From NCBI GenBank assembly GCA_034520945.1, contig JAXHNB010000010.1, positions 64,001 through 128,000 of the forward strand: a stretch of 64,000 nucleotides of DNA. Reading direction: 5' to 3'. Under the pieces are notes generated by a model, which saw only the letters and a program-made list of their open reading frames with translations, was not told the origin of the DNA and made no database searches. Positions 50,623 to 60,883 of this stretch are shown in pieces; within the stretch, counting starts at the first letter, position 1, and each line of letters opens with the position of its first letter. The DNA comes from Trueperaceae bacterium. Lineage in GTDB: Bacteria > Deinococcota > Deinococci > Deinococcales > Trueperaceae. The translations under genes were made by a program, and so were the position numbers.

Positions 50623-51713
50623 ACGGCCTCTCCCCCCAGGGTGAAGGCGAAGGTGGCGCCTTCGCCGGGTGCCGAACGCACCCAGATCGTCCCGCCGTGG
50701 TGCTCAGCGATGCGGCGGCACAGGGAAAGTCCGATGCCGCTGCCCTCCGAATGCGTGCCCGGATGCAGTCGTTGGAAGATCGCGAAGATGCGCTCATGGT
50801 AGCGCGGATCGATCCCCGGCCCGTTGTCGCGTACCTCGATCTGCCAGACGTCGCGGGTGCGTTCGGCCGTGACGTGAATTTCGGGCACGGCGTCGCCTCG
50901 GTACTTGATGGCGTTGGCGATCAGGTTCTGGAACAGGAGCGCGATCAGCCGCGGGTGCATGCGTAGCGTGGGCAGCGGGTCGTGCGTCACGCGGGTGCCC
51001 GTCTCTTCGATCAGGTCGGACAGGGGCGTCAGCGCCTCCGCCAACGCGGCCTCCAGCGGCGCCACCTCGGCCGGCTCGTCGCTGCGCGTAACCCGGGAGA
51101 ACGCCAGCAGGTCCTTGATGAGGTGCTGCATCCGGTGGGCCGCCTCGGTCATGAAGCGGATGTAGGTCTGCGCCTTGTCGTCCAACTGCCCTTCGTACCG
51201 TCGGGCGAGGAGTTCTGCGAAGCTGCTGACGGTTCGAAGCGGTTCTTGCAGGTCGTGCGACGCGACGTACGCGAACTGCTCGAGGTCGCGGTTGGAGCGT
51301 TCGAGGTCCCGCGCGTGGGCCTCCAACGCCTTGCGCACTTCACGTTCGCGGGTGATGTCCTCGATCGCGACCAGGATGCGGGCCGGACCCCGTTCCGTGA
51401 GCCGGAGCCGCCGCGCGTTCACGATCATGACCTTGGGCCCGATGCCGGGAAAGTCGTGGCTGACCTCATAATCCTCGACGGTGTCTCCAGCCGAGAGCAC
51501 GTCGTGGTCCAACATCCGCCTCAGGCTGGGGATGTCCCATTGGCCGTTGCCGAGGTCGAACACGAAGCACCCGAGCACGTCGGCCTCTTGCACGGCGAAG
51601 GTCCTGTAGAACGCCCGATTGGCCGTGTCGACGCGGAGATCCTCGTCGAGAAGAAGGATCGGTTGTCGGATCGTCTGTACGATCGCTTCAGCGTACTTCG
51701 GCATGCGCTTCAT
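50619..51713 (-). CDS. Cytoplasmic PAS sensor histidine kinase
   Basis: PAS (ANRAFY, LGNGQWDIP); FAYVASHDLQEPLR; NLIANAIKY; DNGPGI; GSGIGL. Confidence 0.9.
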   Translation of the reverse strand: MKRMPKYAEAIVQTIRQPILLLDEDLRVDTANRAFYRTFAVQEADVLGCFVFDLGNGQWDIPSLRRMLDHDVLSAGDTVEDYEVSHDFPGIGPKVMIVNARRLRLTERGPARILVAIEDITREREVRKALEAHARDLERSNRDLEQFAYVASHDLQEPLRTVSSFAELLARRYEGQLDDKAQTYIRFMTEAAHRMQHLIKDLLAFSRVTRSDEPAEVAPLEAALAEALTPLSDLIEETGTRVTHDPLPTLRMHPRLIALLFQNLIANAIKYRGDAVPEIHVTAERTRDVWQIEVRDNGPGIDPRYHERIFAIFQRLHPGTHSEGSGIGLSLCRRIAEHHGGTIWVRSAPGEGATFAFTLGGEAV

Positions 51714-51859
51714 CTCGTCCACTCCGCCCCAGTACGCATGGCGCTCCCGACCCGAAAAGCATTCGAATCCGTTTAACTGATTGTAGCATGCACGAACCGC
51801 ATAGTCCGTGACCGGGCCAAGGTACGAATCCGCCGTGCCATGCTGTGTCCTTTGCCCGC

Positions 51860-52048
51860 TCAGGCCAGCGGAATGACCATCCCGCTCAGCGTCACGTCGC
51901 CGCCCCCGAACAGGCTCATCGCCAGCCATACGATCAGCCCGATCGCCAGCAAGCCCAGCAGGCCCTTCATCAAGAAGGCCCCGACGCGGAACGCCACGTA
52001 GATCACCACGATCAGAACGACCACACCGACGATGTTCGAAGCTTCCAT
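51860..52048 (-). CDS. Small membrane protein
   Basis: RBS GAGGAGG; 62 aa, strongly hydrophobic. Confidence 0.6.
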   Translation of the reverse strand: MEASNIVGVVVLIVVIYVAFRVGAFLMKGLLGLLAIGLIVWLAMSLFGGGDVTLSGMVIPLA

Positions 52049-52192
52049 GTTGCCTCCTCTGCCCCACCGTACGGCAGACGAGGGGGTGACCGTCGCAGGC
52101 CGGGGGACGGGAGGGCGCCTCCGGACGACGGCGGGTTCGGTGCGCCGAGTATCATCACGACCGAGCGAGATCGTTCGCGGCGAGGAGGAGGC

Positions 52193-53074
52193 ATGCATTC
52201 GATCGACGTCCGCATCGCGCACGCCTTCATGGACGGGGAGGACGGCGGCAACCCTGCCGGCATCGTGCTGGACGCAGATGGATTGTCCGAAGCCGCCATG
52301 CAGGCCGTCGCGACCCGCGTGGGCCTGTCCGAAACCGCGTTCGTGTCGCGTTCCCGCATCGCGACGCGGAGGCTGTCGTTCTTCACGCCCACCCGCCGCA
52401 TCGCGCACTGCGGGCATGCGACGGTCGCGTCGTTCGCGCTGTTGGCCGAGCGTCGCGAGCTGGGCGACGGCGAAGTGAGCCACGAAACCGTCGACGGCGT
52501 GCGCCGCATCGTGCTGGATGGCGGTTCGACGTTTCTGGAGCAAGCGGCGCCCTCGTACCGGCCTACGCCCGTGAGCCCGGCGCGCATCATGGGCGCCCTC
52601 GGGGTGCACGCGGACGCGCTGGCGGACGACGCGGACCCGATGGTGGTCAGCACGGGCCTGCCTTTCCTCCTCGTACCCATGCGGGACGTCGCGACGCTGG
52701 CCGCGGTGCGCCCAGACGCCAGTGCCCTGGAGGTCCTGAGCGAGGACCTCGACCTCGTCGGCGTGTACGCCTTCACCGATACGTCGACGACCGTGGGCCG
52801 ACACGCGACCGCGCGCATGTTCGCGCCCCGTTACGGCATCGCCGAAGAGGCCGCCACCGGCATGGCCGCAGGCCCCTTGGCGGCCTACCTTCATGACGTG
52901 GCGGGCGTGCAGGACGCGCGCCTGTGGATCGAGCAGGGCGCGCTGATGCCGGCGCCCTCGCCCAGCCTGCTGGAGGTGCGTCTGGACGTGCGGGACGGCC
53001 GTGTGGCGGGGCTCATGGTTGGGGGTCGGGCCCGGCAGACCGGTCGCGTCCGGGTGACGCTCGACGCGGCCTGA
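52193..53074 (+). CDS. PhzF family isomerase
   Basis: AF...GGNPAG, GLSETAF, FFTP...CGHAT, EEAATG, IEQG. Confidence 0.9.
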   Translation: MHSIDVRIAHAFMDGEDGGNPAGIVLDADGLSEAAMQAVATRVGLSETAFVSRSRIATRRLSFFTPTRRIAHCGHATVASFALLAERRELGDGEVSHETVDGVRRIVLDGGSTFLEQAAPSYRPTPVSPARIMGALGVHADALADDADPMVVSTGLPFLLVPMRDVATLAAVRPDASALEVLSEDLDLVGVYAFTDTSTTVGRHATARMFAPRYGIAEEAATGMAAGPLAAYLHDVAGVQDARLWIEQGALMPAPSPSLLEVRLDVRDGRVAGLMVGGRARQTGRVRVTLDAA

Positions 53075-53144
53075 GGCGCGTTGCGCGGGCCGCGGTATCC
53101 TGCCCGGCCAGCTGACGCGTCTAGCCTTGCCAGGAGCCATCCCC

Positions 53145-55104
53145 ATGCACCCATCGCCCCGCCCCCCGCGCGAAGCCCCGTACGGACACTGGTCCTCGCC
53201 CCTGGACGCGGCCCGCGTGGCCGCCGCCGCGCCCGCCTTCGGCGACGCTGCCTTCGACGGCGACGCCGTGCTGTGGAGCCAATCGAGGCCCGAAGAGCGC
53301 GGCCGCACCACCCTGTACCGGCGCGAAGCGAACGGCGAGGTGCACGAGGTGACGCCCGCGCCGTTCGACGTGCGCACCTCCGTGCACGAGTACGGCGGGG
53401 GCGCCTGGGCCGTCCGGGACGGCGCGATCGTGTTCGCGCACCACGCCGATCAGCGCCTGTACGTCGCCGAGCCGGACCGAGAACCGCGCCCGTTGACGCC
53501 TGAGAGCGACCGCCTGCTCCGCTACGCCGACCTGGCGTGGACGCCGGATGGGACCGCCGTGCTGGCGGTGCGCGAGGACCACCGCGCCCACGACCGCGAG
53601 CCCGTGAACACGCTGGTGTCGGTGCCCCTGTCGGGAGGGCCCGAGGAGGGCGCCGTCCTGGCCGAGGGGTGCGACTTCTACGCCAGCCCCACGCCGTCGC
53701 CGGACGGCCGACGGCTGGCCTGGACCGAGTGGGACCACCCGAACATGCCCTGGGACGGCACCCGCCTGCGGATGGCCGCCCTGAACGGCGCCGGCCGGCC
53801 GGGCCCGGCGGAGCGCGTGGCCGGCGGTCCCGACGAAGCCGTGCAGCAGCCGCGGTTTCTGCCTGACGGGGCGCTGGCGTTCGTGTCCGACCGCTCGGGC
53901 TGGTGGAACCTCTACCTGCACCAGGGGGACGAGGTGCGGGCCTTGTGGCCGTGCGAGCAGGAGTTCGGGCAGCCGGCGTTCGCGTTGGGTCTCGCCACGA
54001 TGGACGCCGCGGGCAATGATCACGTGGTCGCCGCCTTCGGGCGCGGACGCCCCTCGCGCCTGGCCGTCGTGCCCGCGTCGCGGCGGCGAGGGGCGTGAGC
54101 TGGACCTTCCCTACCGCACGCTGAGCAGCGTGCGCGCCGCACCGGACGGGCGCACGGCCCTGATGGTCGCCGGCGCCCCCACGCGGCCGGACGCGCTGCT
54201 GCGGGTCGACCTGCACACCGGCGCACACCAGGAGCTCGCCACCGCCGGGCCCCTGCCCGTAGATGCGGCCTACCTGAGCGAACCGGAGACGCTGACGTTT
54301 CCGAGTACCGAGGGGCGGACCGTCCACGCCCACCTGTACCGGCCCGCCAACCCCGACCACGCCGCCCCCGAGGGCACGCGACCGCCGCTGTTGGTGAATG
54401 CGCACGGCGGGCCCACCAGCAGCGCCCGGTTGGGCCTGGACTTGAAGATCCACTACTGGACCAGCCGCGGCTTCGCCTACCTCGACGTCGATTACGGCGG
54501 CAGCGGCGGGTACGGCCGCGCGTACCGGCAGGCCCTGGAGGGCCGGTGGGGCGAGGTGGACGTCGACGACTGCGGCGCGGCGGCCCGCGCGCTGGTGGCG
54601 CGCGGCGAGGTGGATCCGGACCGGTTGGCCATTCGCGGCGGCAGCGCCGGTGGGTACACCACCCTGGCGGCGCTGGCGTTCCGGGACGTGTTCCACGCCG
54701 GCGTCAGCTACTACGGCGTCAGCGACCTGGAGATGCTGGCGCAGGAGACCCACAAGTTCGAGAGCCGCTACTTCGAGGGGCTCGTCGGGCCCTACCCCGA
54801 GGCGCAACCGATCTACCGCGCGCGGTCGCCGTTGCATCACGTGTCCGGCATCACGCGGCCGGTCCTGTTCCTGCAAGGCGAGGACGACGCGGTCGTGCCT
54901 CCGAACCAGGCCGAGATGATGGTGGACGCCCTCCGGGCCGCCGGCGTGCCGGTCGCCTACCTGTCGTTCGAGGGCGAGGCGCACGGGTTTCGGCGCGCCG
55001 ACACGATCCGGGCGGCGCTGGAAGCGGAGGCGTCGTTCTACGCGCAGGTGTTCGGCCTCGAACCGGCCGATGCCGTCGCACCGCTCCGGGTGGACGGCCT
55101 GTAG
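53145..55104 (+). CDS. S9 prolyl oligopeptidase/acylaminoacyl peptidase; +1 frameshift near 54081
   Basis: APYGHWSSP, VHEYGGGA; HGGPTS, GGSAGG, QGEDDAVVPP, GEAHGF; two overlapping ORFs. Confidence 0.85.
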
Positions 55105-55180
55105 CGCCCTCCGCCCTGCACCTGCGCCGCGTGCGTGCGGCGCACGTCGCCCGGCGGGCGTTCTCGGTATCGTCGAAGGC

Positions 55181-56650
55181 GTGAGCAGGCACGAAGGCTC
55201 CACCACGGCGCGACCCTCCGTCACGATCATTGGTGCCGGACCGAACGGCTTGGCCGCGGCCGCCCTGTTGGCGCGCGAGGGGGCCCGCCCGCGCCTGTTC
55301 GAGGCGCACGACACCATCGGCGGCGGCCTACGTTCCGCCGAGGTGACGCGGCCCGGCTTCGTGCACGACCTGTGCGCCTCGGTGCTGCCGCTCGCCGTCG
55401 GCTCGCCGTTCCTGAGCGGGCTGCCGCTGGCGGACCACGGCCTGGCGTGGGTGCACCCAGGCGCGCCGTTGGCGCACCCCCTGGATGGCGGCAGTGCGGT
55501 GATGCTGGAGCGCGACCTCGACGCCACCGCCGCGGGCTTGGGCCCGGACGGGCCCGCCTACCGGGCCCTGGTGGAACCGCTGGCCGAAGCGTGGCCGGCG
55601 TTGGCCGAGGAGGTGTTGGGACCGGTGGCGCACCTGCCGCGTCACCCCTGGGCGTTGGCCCGCTTCGGCATGCGGGCGCCGTGGCCGGCGCGGTTCCTGG
55701 CCGAGCGGGCGTTCACGGGGCCCCGCGCCCGCGCCCTGTTCGCTGGCCTGGCGGCGCACGGCATGATTCCGCTCGGCGCGCCCGCCAGCAGCGCCATCGG
55801 GCTGGTGCTGGCCGCCACGGGGCACGCCGTCGGCTGGCCGTTCGTGCGCGGGGGCGCGCAGAAGCTGGCGGACGCGCTGGCCGCGGAGGTGCGGGCGCAC
55901 GGCGGCGAGATCGTGACGGGCCACCGCGTCGACGACGTGGACGCGGTGGCGGAGGGTTCGGTGGTGTTGTTCGACCTCACCCCGCGCGAATTGCTGCGCG
56001 TGGCGGGGCCCCGCTTCTCGGGCGGCTACCGCCGCGCGCTGGAGCGCTACCGCTACGGCCCCGGCACCTTCAAGATCGACTACGCCCTGAGCGGGCCGAT
56101 CCCCTGGGCGGCGGACGCCTGCCGGCGCGCCGGCACCGTCCACCTGGGCGGCACCCTGGAGGAGATCGCCGCCGCCGAAGCGGCCGTCGCGCGGGGGGAG
56201 ATGCCGGAGCGGCCGTTCGTGCTGCTGGCGCAACCGACGCTGTTCGACCCCACGCGCGCGCCGGAGGGCCGCCACGTGGCGTGGGCGTACGCGCACGTGC
56301 CGGCCGGTTCGGACGTGGACGCGAGCGACCGCATCGAGGCGCAGATCGAACGGTTCGCGCCCGGGTTCCGTGAGCGCGTGCTGGCGCGACACACCCGCAA
56401 CGCCGTCGAGACCGAAGCGTACGACCCGAACTTCGTGGGCGGAGACGTGAACGGGGGCCTGCTCAGCCTGCGGCAGATCGTGGCGCGGCCCGCCTGGCGC
56501 GCCGACCCCTACGGCACCTCGGACCCCGACCTGTTCGTCGGTTCGGCGGCGACCCCGCCGGGCGGCGGGGTGCACGGCATGGCCGGCTATCACGCCGCCC
56601 GGTCGGTGCTGCGGCGCCTCCGCGCTCAGGGGGCCTTCCCGGGGGCGTAG
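55181..56650 (+). CDS. Phytoene dehydrogenase-like FAD oxidoreductase
   Basis: IIGAGPNGLAAA, PGFVHDLC, TPPGGGVHGMAG. Confidence 0.88.
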   Translation: MSRHEGSTTARPSVTIIGAGPNGLAAAALLAREGARPRLFEAHDTIGGGLRSAEVTRPGFVHDLCASVLPLAVGSPFLSGLPLADHGLAWVHPGAPLAHPLDGGSAVMLERDLDATAAGLGPDGPAYRALVEPLAEAWPALAEEVLGPVAHLPRHPWALARFGMRAPWPARFLAERAFTGPRARALFAGLAAHGMIPLGAPASSAIGLVLAATGHAVGWPFVRGGAQKLADALAAEVRAHGGEIVTGHRVDDVDAVAEGSVVLFDLTPRELLRVAGPRFSGGYRRALERYRYGPGTFKIDYALSGPIPWAADACRRAGTVHLGGTLEEIAAAEAAVARGEMPERPFVLLAQPTLFDPTRAPEGRHVAWAYAHVPAGSDVDASDRIEAQIERFAPGFRERVLARHTRNAVETEAYDPNFVGGDVNGGLLSLRQIVARPAWRADPYGTSDPDLFVGSAATPPGGGVHGMAGYHAARSVLRRLRAQGAFPGA

Positions 56651-56655
56651 GCGTC

Positions 56656-58095
56656 ATGCCGGAGTTGTTCGACGCCACCACGGCCTGGTACGCCCGCTTC
56701 GCGGTCCAGCGGCTGTTGGGCCTGACCTACCTGATCGCGTTCCTGTCGGCGGCGCACCAGTTCGTGCCGCTGCTGGGCGAACGGGGACTCGAGCCGATCG
56801 GACGCCGCGTCGACCGGCGCCTGATGCGCGCGCGGCCCAGTCTGTTCCACCTGCACTACTCGGACCGGTTCTTCCAGGGGGTGGCGTGGTTCGGCGTCGC
56901 GCTGGCGGCCGCCGCCACCCTCGGCGTGATCGACGCCGGGCCGGCGTGGGCGTCGATGCTGGGGTGGTTCCTGCTGTGGGCGGCGTACCAGTCGATCGTG
57001 AACGTCGGCGGCACCTTCTACGGCTTCGGGTGGGAGACGCTGCTGCTGGAGGTGGGGTTCCTCGCCATCTTCCTCGGTCCCAGCGGGGTGCAGGTGCCGC
57101 TCACCATGATGCTGCTGTTGCGCTGGGTGCTGTTCCGGGTCGAGTTCGGCGCTGGCCTGATCAAGATCCGCGGCGACCCGTGCTGGCGCGACCTCACCTG
57201 CCTGGCGTACCACCACGAGACGCAACCGCTGCCCAACCCGTTCAGCTGGTTCGCGCACCACCTGCCGCGCGGGTTCCACCGGCTCGAGACGGGCGCCAAC
57301 CACCTGGTGCAGTTGGGGGTGCCGTTCGCGCTGTTCCTGCCGCAACCGTGGGCGTCGGCGGCGGGCCTGGCGATCGTGGCGACCCAGGGGTGGCTGATGT
57401 TCAGCGGCAACTTCGCCTGGTTGAACTTCCTGACGATGACGTTGGCGTTCTCCGCCTTCGGGGACGGCGCGGTGCAGGCGGTCTTGGGCCTGCCGGACCC
57501 GTCCCTGGCGGCGCGGCCGCTGTACCTGGACGTCGCCGTGGTGGCGGTGACCGCGCTGGTGTTGGCGTTGAGCATCCGCCCGGTGCGGAACCTGCTGTCG
57601 CGCCGGCAGTTGATGAACGCCAGCTTCGACCCGCTGCACCTGGTGAACACCTACGGCGCGTTCGGCTCCGTCACACGCGAGCGGGACGAGATCGAACTGG
57701 AGGGCATGGACGACAGCGGCACCTGGCGTCCGTACGCCTTCAAGGCCAAGCCGGGCGACCCGGCGCGCCGCCCGCCGCAGGTCGCGCCCTACCACCTGCG
57801 GTTGGACTGGCTGATGTGGTTCGCGGCGCTGTCCAGCCCGGCGCACCACCCGTGGTTCCTGACCCTGGTGGTGCGGCTCCTGGAGGGCGACCACGGCATC
57901 CGGCGGCTGATGGGCCGCGACCCGTTCGAGGGCCGGCCTCCCGCGCGCATGCGGGCGCGCTTCTACCGCTACCGCTTCACCACGCCGGAGGAGCGTCGCC
58001 GCACGGGTCACTGGTGGTCCCGCACCCTGCGCGGCGAGATCCTCCCACCGGTGCGGCTGGGTCCAGACGGGCGCTTGATTCAAGACGCGCCATGA
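56656..58095 (+). CDS. Lipase maturation factor family membrane protein
   Basis: FYGFGWETLLLEVGFL, AGLIK, HHETQPLPNP, NTYGAFG, PYHLRLDWLMWFAA. Confidence 0.9.
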   Translation: MPELFDATTAWYARFAVQRLLGLTYLIAFLSAAHQFVPLLGERGLEPIGRRVDRRLMRARPSLFHLHYSDRFFQGVAWFGVALAAAATLGVIDAGPAWASMLGWFLLWAAYQSIVNVGGTFYGFGWETLLLEVGFLAIFLGPSGVQVPLTMMLLLRWVLFRVEFGAGLIKIRGDPCWRDLTCLAYHHETQPLPNPFSWFAHHLPRGFHRLETGANHLVQLGVPFALFLPQPWASAAGLAIVATQGWLMFSGNFAWLNFLTMTLAFSAFGDGAVQAVLGLPDPSLAARPLYLDVAVVAVTALVLALSIRPVRNLLSRRQLMNASFDPLHLVNTYGAFGSVTRERDEIELEGMDDSGTWRPYAFKAKPGDPARRPPQVAPYHLRLDWLMWFAALSSPAHHPWFLTLVVRLLEGDHGIRRLMGRDPFEGRPPARMRARFYRYRFTTPEERRRTGHWWSRTLRGEILPPVRLGPDGRLIQDAP

Positions 58096-58153
58096 GTCGG
58101 CGCTATCGGGCCCAGGGCCGGGGCCGCGCGCCGCTTGGGAAGGAACGCCCGCC

Positions 58154-59414
58154 CTACCCGAACAAGCGCACGCCGTCCAGGTAGGCGTCGGCGATGAGCG
58201 CCGCCGCCGCGCTCCAGCCCATGGGATGCGTGCCCTCCGGCTCGAAGGTGCGGCCGTGCAGGTACTCCGAGAACGACCACGGCCGGCCGTCCCGCGGCCG
58301 CCGGTTGGCGGCGTGGATGGCGTCCCGGTAGCGTCGCGCCGCCTGGTGGCGTCCCCGGCGCGCCAGCGGCGGCCGCGTGGAACGCGGTCACCAGCGGCCA
58401 CAACCCGCCGTTGTGGTACGCGTACGGTTGGTTCTTGAAGGTGTGCGAGAACGACATCTGCAGGTCGTCCCAGTACTCGTCGCGGGGGGTGATGACCGGA
58501 TCGAAGGCGGGCACCAGCATGACGTCCTCGTGCACCAGCTCCTCGGCGATGTAGGCGTCGACCGCGTCGTCCCGCGACGCGTCGGCCACGCCGAACAGGG
58601 ACGCCAGCCCGTTGGCCATGCCGTCGAAGCGGGTGCCGTACCCCAACGGCGAGAAGAACGGCATCCAGTACCGGCCCCGGCAGTGCCCCGCCGCCTCGCG
58701 CCCCTTGCGGTACAGCACCGGGTGGTAGGCGTCGTTGGGGATCTCGTCCCCCTCGTCCGGGTCGAACCAGTAGTTCGCTTCGATCAGGTGGCACAGCCGC
58801 GCGATGCGCTCGCCGAGCGCGTGGTCGACCCCGCCGTGCAGGGCTTCGTGCAGGTGGGCGATGCCGCGTTGCGCCTGCAGGTACAGCAGCTGGTCGTACA
58901 GCACGTACCCGCTCTGAACGTACTCGTCCGCCCAGTCGCCGGTCGGCGGGACGTACAGCAACCCCCGCGCGTTGAACTCCCACGCGCCCAGGATCCACCG
59001 CAGGCGCTCCAACGGTTCCAGCATCTCGTGCAGGAAGGTCTCGTTCTGCGTGTACCGCCAGTACTCGGCGCAGGCGACCGCGAACCACAGGCCGGCGTCG
59101 ACCCGCCCGGCCGTGCCGCCGTACGACACGCGGCCGGTGGCGGGATCGACGTTGCTGGGGATCTCGCCGCGCGGACCCTGGTGCTCCGCCAGGGTGACCA
59201 GGGTTCGGCGCGCCGCGTCGATCAGCTCCTCGTCGCCGCTGGCCAGCGCCGCCAGCCCCATGATCGACCCGTCCCGTCCCCACACCCGGCGGTAGTTGGC
59301 ATGCGTCGCCGGCGAGGCCAGGAAGCCGGCCTCGGTGGCGCACGACCGCAGGACGTTCAGCGCCTCCGCGTGGCCCTCGTCCGCGATGTCGCTTCGTGTC
59401 TGGTGCGTCGTCAT
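58154..59414 (-). CDS. (alpha/alpha)6 glycoside hydrolase (GH100/amylo-1,6-glucosidase-like); +1 frameshift near 58367
   Basis: NYRRVWGRDG, GEIPSNV, DWADEY, YHNGGLWP; the other frame continues FSEYLHGRT...MGWSAA to TAG at 58154. Confidence 0.75.
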
Positions 59415-59604
59415 GGTTGCCTCGTCTTCCGCTCCGGACCGTGCGACGTGACCGCCGCCGGCCCCCTGCACGCGCATGCGTCACCGGCGGCGCCCGCCGT
59501 CGTCACCATAGAACCGTCCGTTTCGTACGCGTGTCACCGGGTGCTACGCGCGCCCCGCGGGCACGACGACGCGGACGGGCCCGCGCCGCCGGTATCGTTC
59601 GCGC

Positions 59605-60786
59605 ATGGTCGCTCCTCGTCGCACCGGTTGGCTCGCCGCGGTCCACCCGGCCGCCACCACGCTCAGCCCGACGCGGGACACGGTGGTGGCGTTCGACCTG
59701 GAGGGACGACCGAGCAGCTGGCTGACGGGCGGCGATACCTTCAAGCGCTCGCTGGCATCGGACGTGTACGGCCGCCGCACCGTGCACGGCACGCGGCGGC
59801 GGTGGCGGGTGGCGCCCGACCGCGCACACGCGCTGTTCGAGCGGGCGTTGGAGGTCGCGACCGAGGCCCGTCGCGCGCTGGCGGGGGGCGAGCGCCTGAC
59901 CGACCCGGCGCACGAAGCCGAGCTGACCTCCAGGCTGGAGCGGATCGCCGCCTGGACGCCCGGCGTCCTCCAGGACGAACGGCACCGCTTCGCGCGGGCG
60001 TACGCGCCGCTCAGCATCCTGCCGCCGGACCAGTACGGCGCGGTGGTGCTGCAGGCCACCTTCGGGTGCAGTTGGAACCGTTGCACCTACTGCACCTTCT
60101 ACCAGGGGCGCCCGTTCCAGGTGAGGCCGCTGGACGCGTTCGACGCGCACGTCGCCGAGGTGCGCGCGCTGCTGGGCCGCGCCGCCGCGGGGCGCGCCGG
60201 CGTGTTCCTCGCCGACGGCAACGCGTTGGTGCTCAGCAACGACCGGCTTCGGCCGTTGTTCGAGGCCGCGACGGCGACGTTTCCGGACCGGCCGGTCGCG
60301 GGGTTCGTCGACGTGTTCAGCGGCGAACGCAAGCCGCGCGAGGCGTGGCGTGAGCTGCGCGAGCTGGGGTTACGCCGCGTCGCGATCGGCGTGGAGACGG
60401 GACACGATCCGCTGCTGGCGTACGTGAACAAGCCCGGCAGCGCCGCCGATGCGGCGGACTTCGTGCACCTGCTGAAGGAGGCCGGCCTGGAGGTGGCCGT
60501 CATTCTCATGGTCGGCGTCGGCGGACGACGCTACGCCGAGGGGCACGCGCGCGACAGCGCCCGCCTGTTGGCACGCCTGCCGCTCGGCACGGGGGACATC
60601 GTGTACCTCTCCCCCTTCGTCCGGCACGAGGACGCCCCCTACGCTCAGCGGGCCGAGGCCGACGGGCTGGAAGACCTGAGCGACGCCGAGCGCCAGGCGC
60701 AGGAGCACACCCTGCGGCAGGCGGCCCGCGAGGCCGTGCCGGCCGCACGCGTGGCGCGCTACCACATCGACGAGTTCGTGTACTGA
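59605..60786 (+). CDS. Radical SAM protein with an extra N-terminal domain, function unknown
   Basis: QATFGCSWNRCTYCTFY (CxxxCxxC), FLADGNAL, GVETG. Confidence 0.85.
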   Translation: MVAPRRTGWLAAVHPAATTLSPTRDTVVAFDLEGRPSSWLTGGDTFKRSLASDVYGRRTVHGTRRRWRVAPDRAHALFERALEVATEARRALAGGERLTDPAHEAELTSRLERIAAWTPGVLQDERHRFARAYAPLSILPPDQYGAVVLQATFGCSWNRCTYCTFYQGRPFQVRPLDAFDAHVAEVRALLGRAAAGRAGVFLADGNALVLSNDRLRPLFEAATATFPDRPVAGFVDVFSGERKPREAWRELRELGLRRVAIGVETGHDPLLAYVNKPGSAADAADFVHLLKEAGLEVAVILMVGVGGRRYAEGHARDSARLLARLPLGTGDIVYLSPFVRHEDAPYAQRAEADGLEDLSDAERQAQEHTLRQAAREAVPAARVARYHIDEFVY

Positions 60787-60883
60787 CGCGCGCGCCGGCC
60801 GTGTCCCGTGCGGCCACGCCTGACGAAGCACGCGGGCGTCGCGACCGACCCTGGCCCGCAGGCCGACGCCGTACCCTGGGCCC

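Noticed and set aside
55181..56650. Carotenoid gene crtI
   Set aside because: Belongs to the broad phytoene-dehydrogenase-like group; no crtB/crtE neighbours
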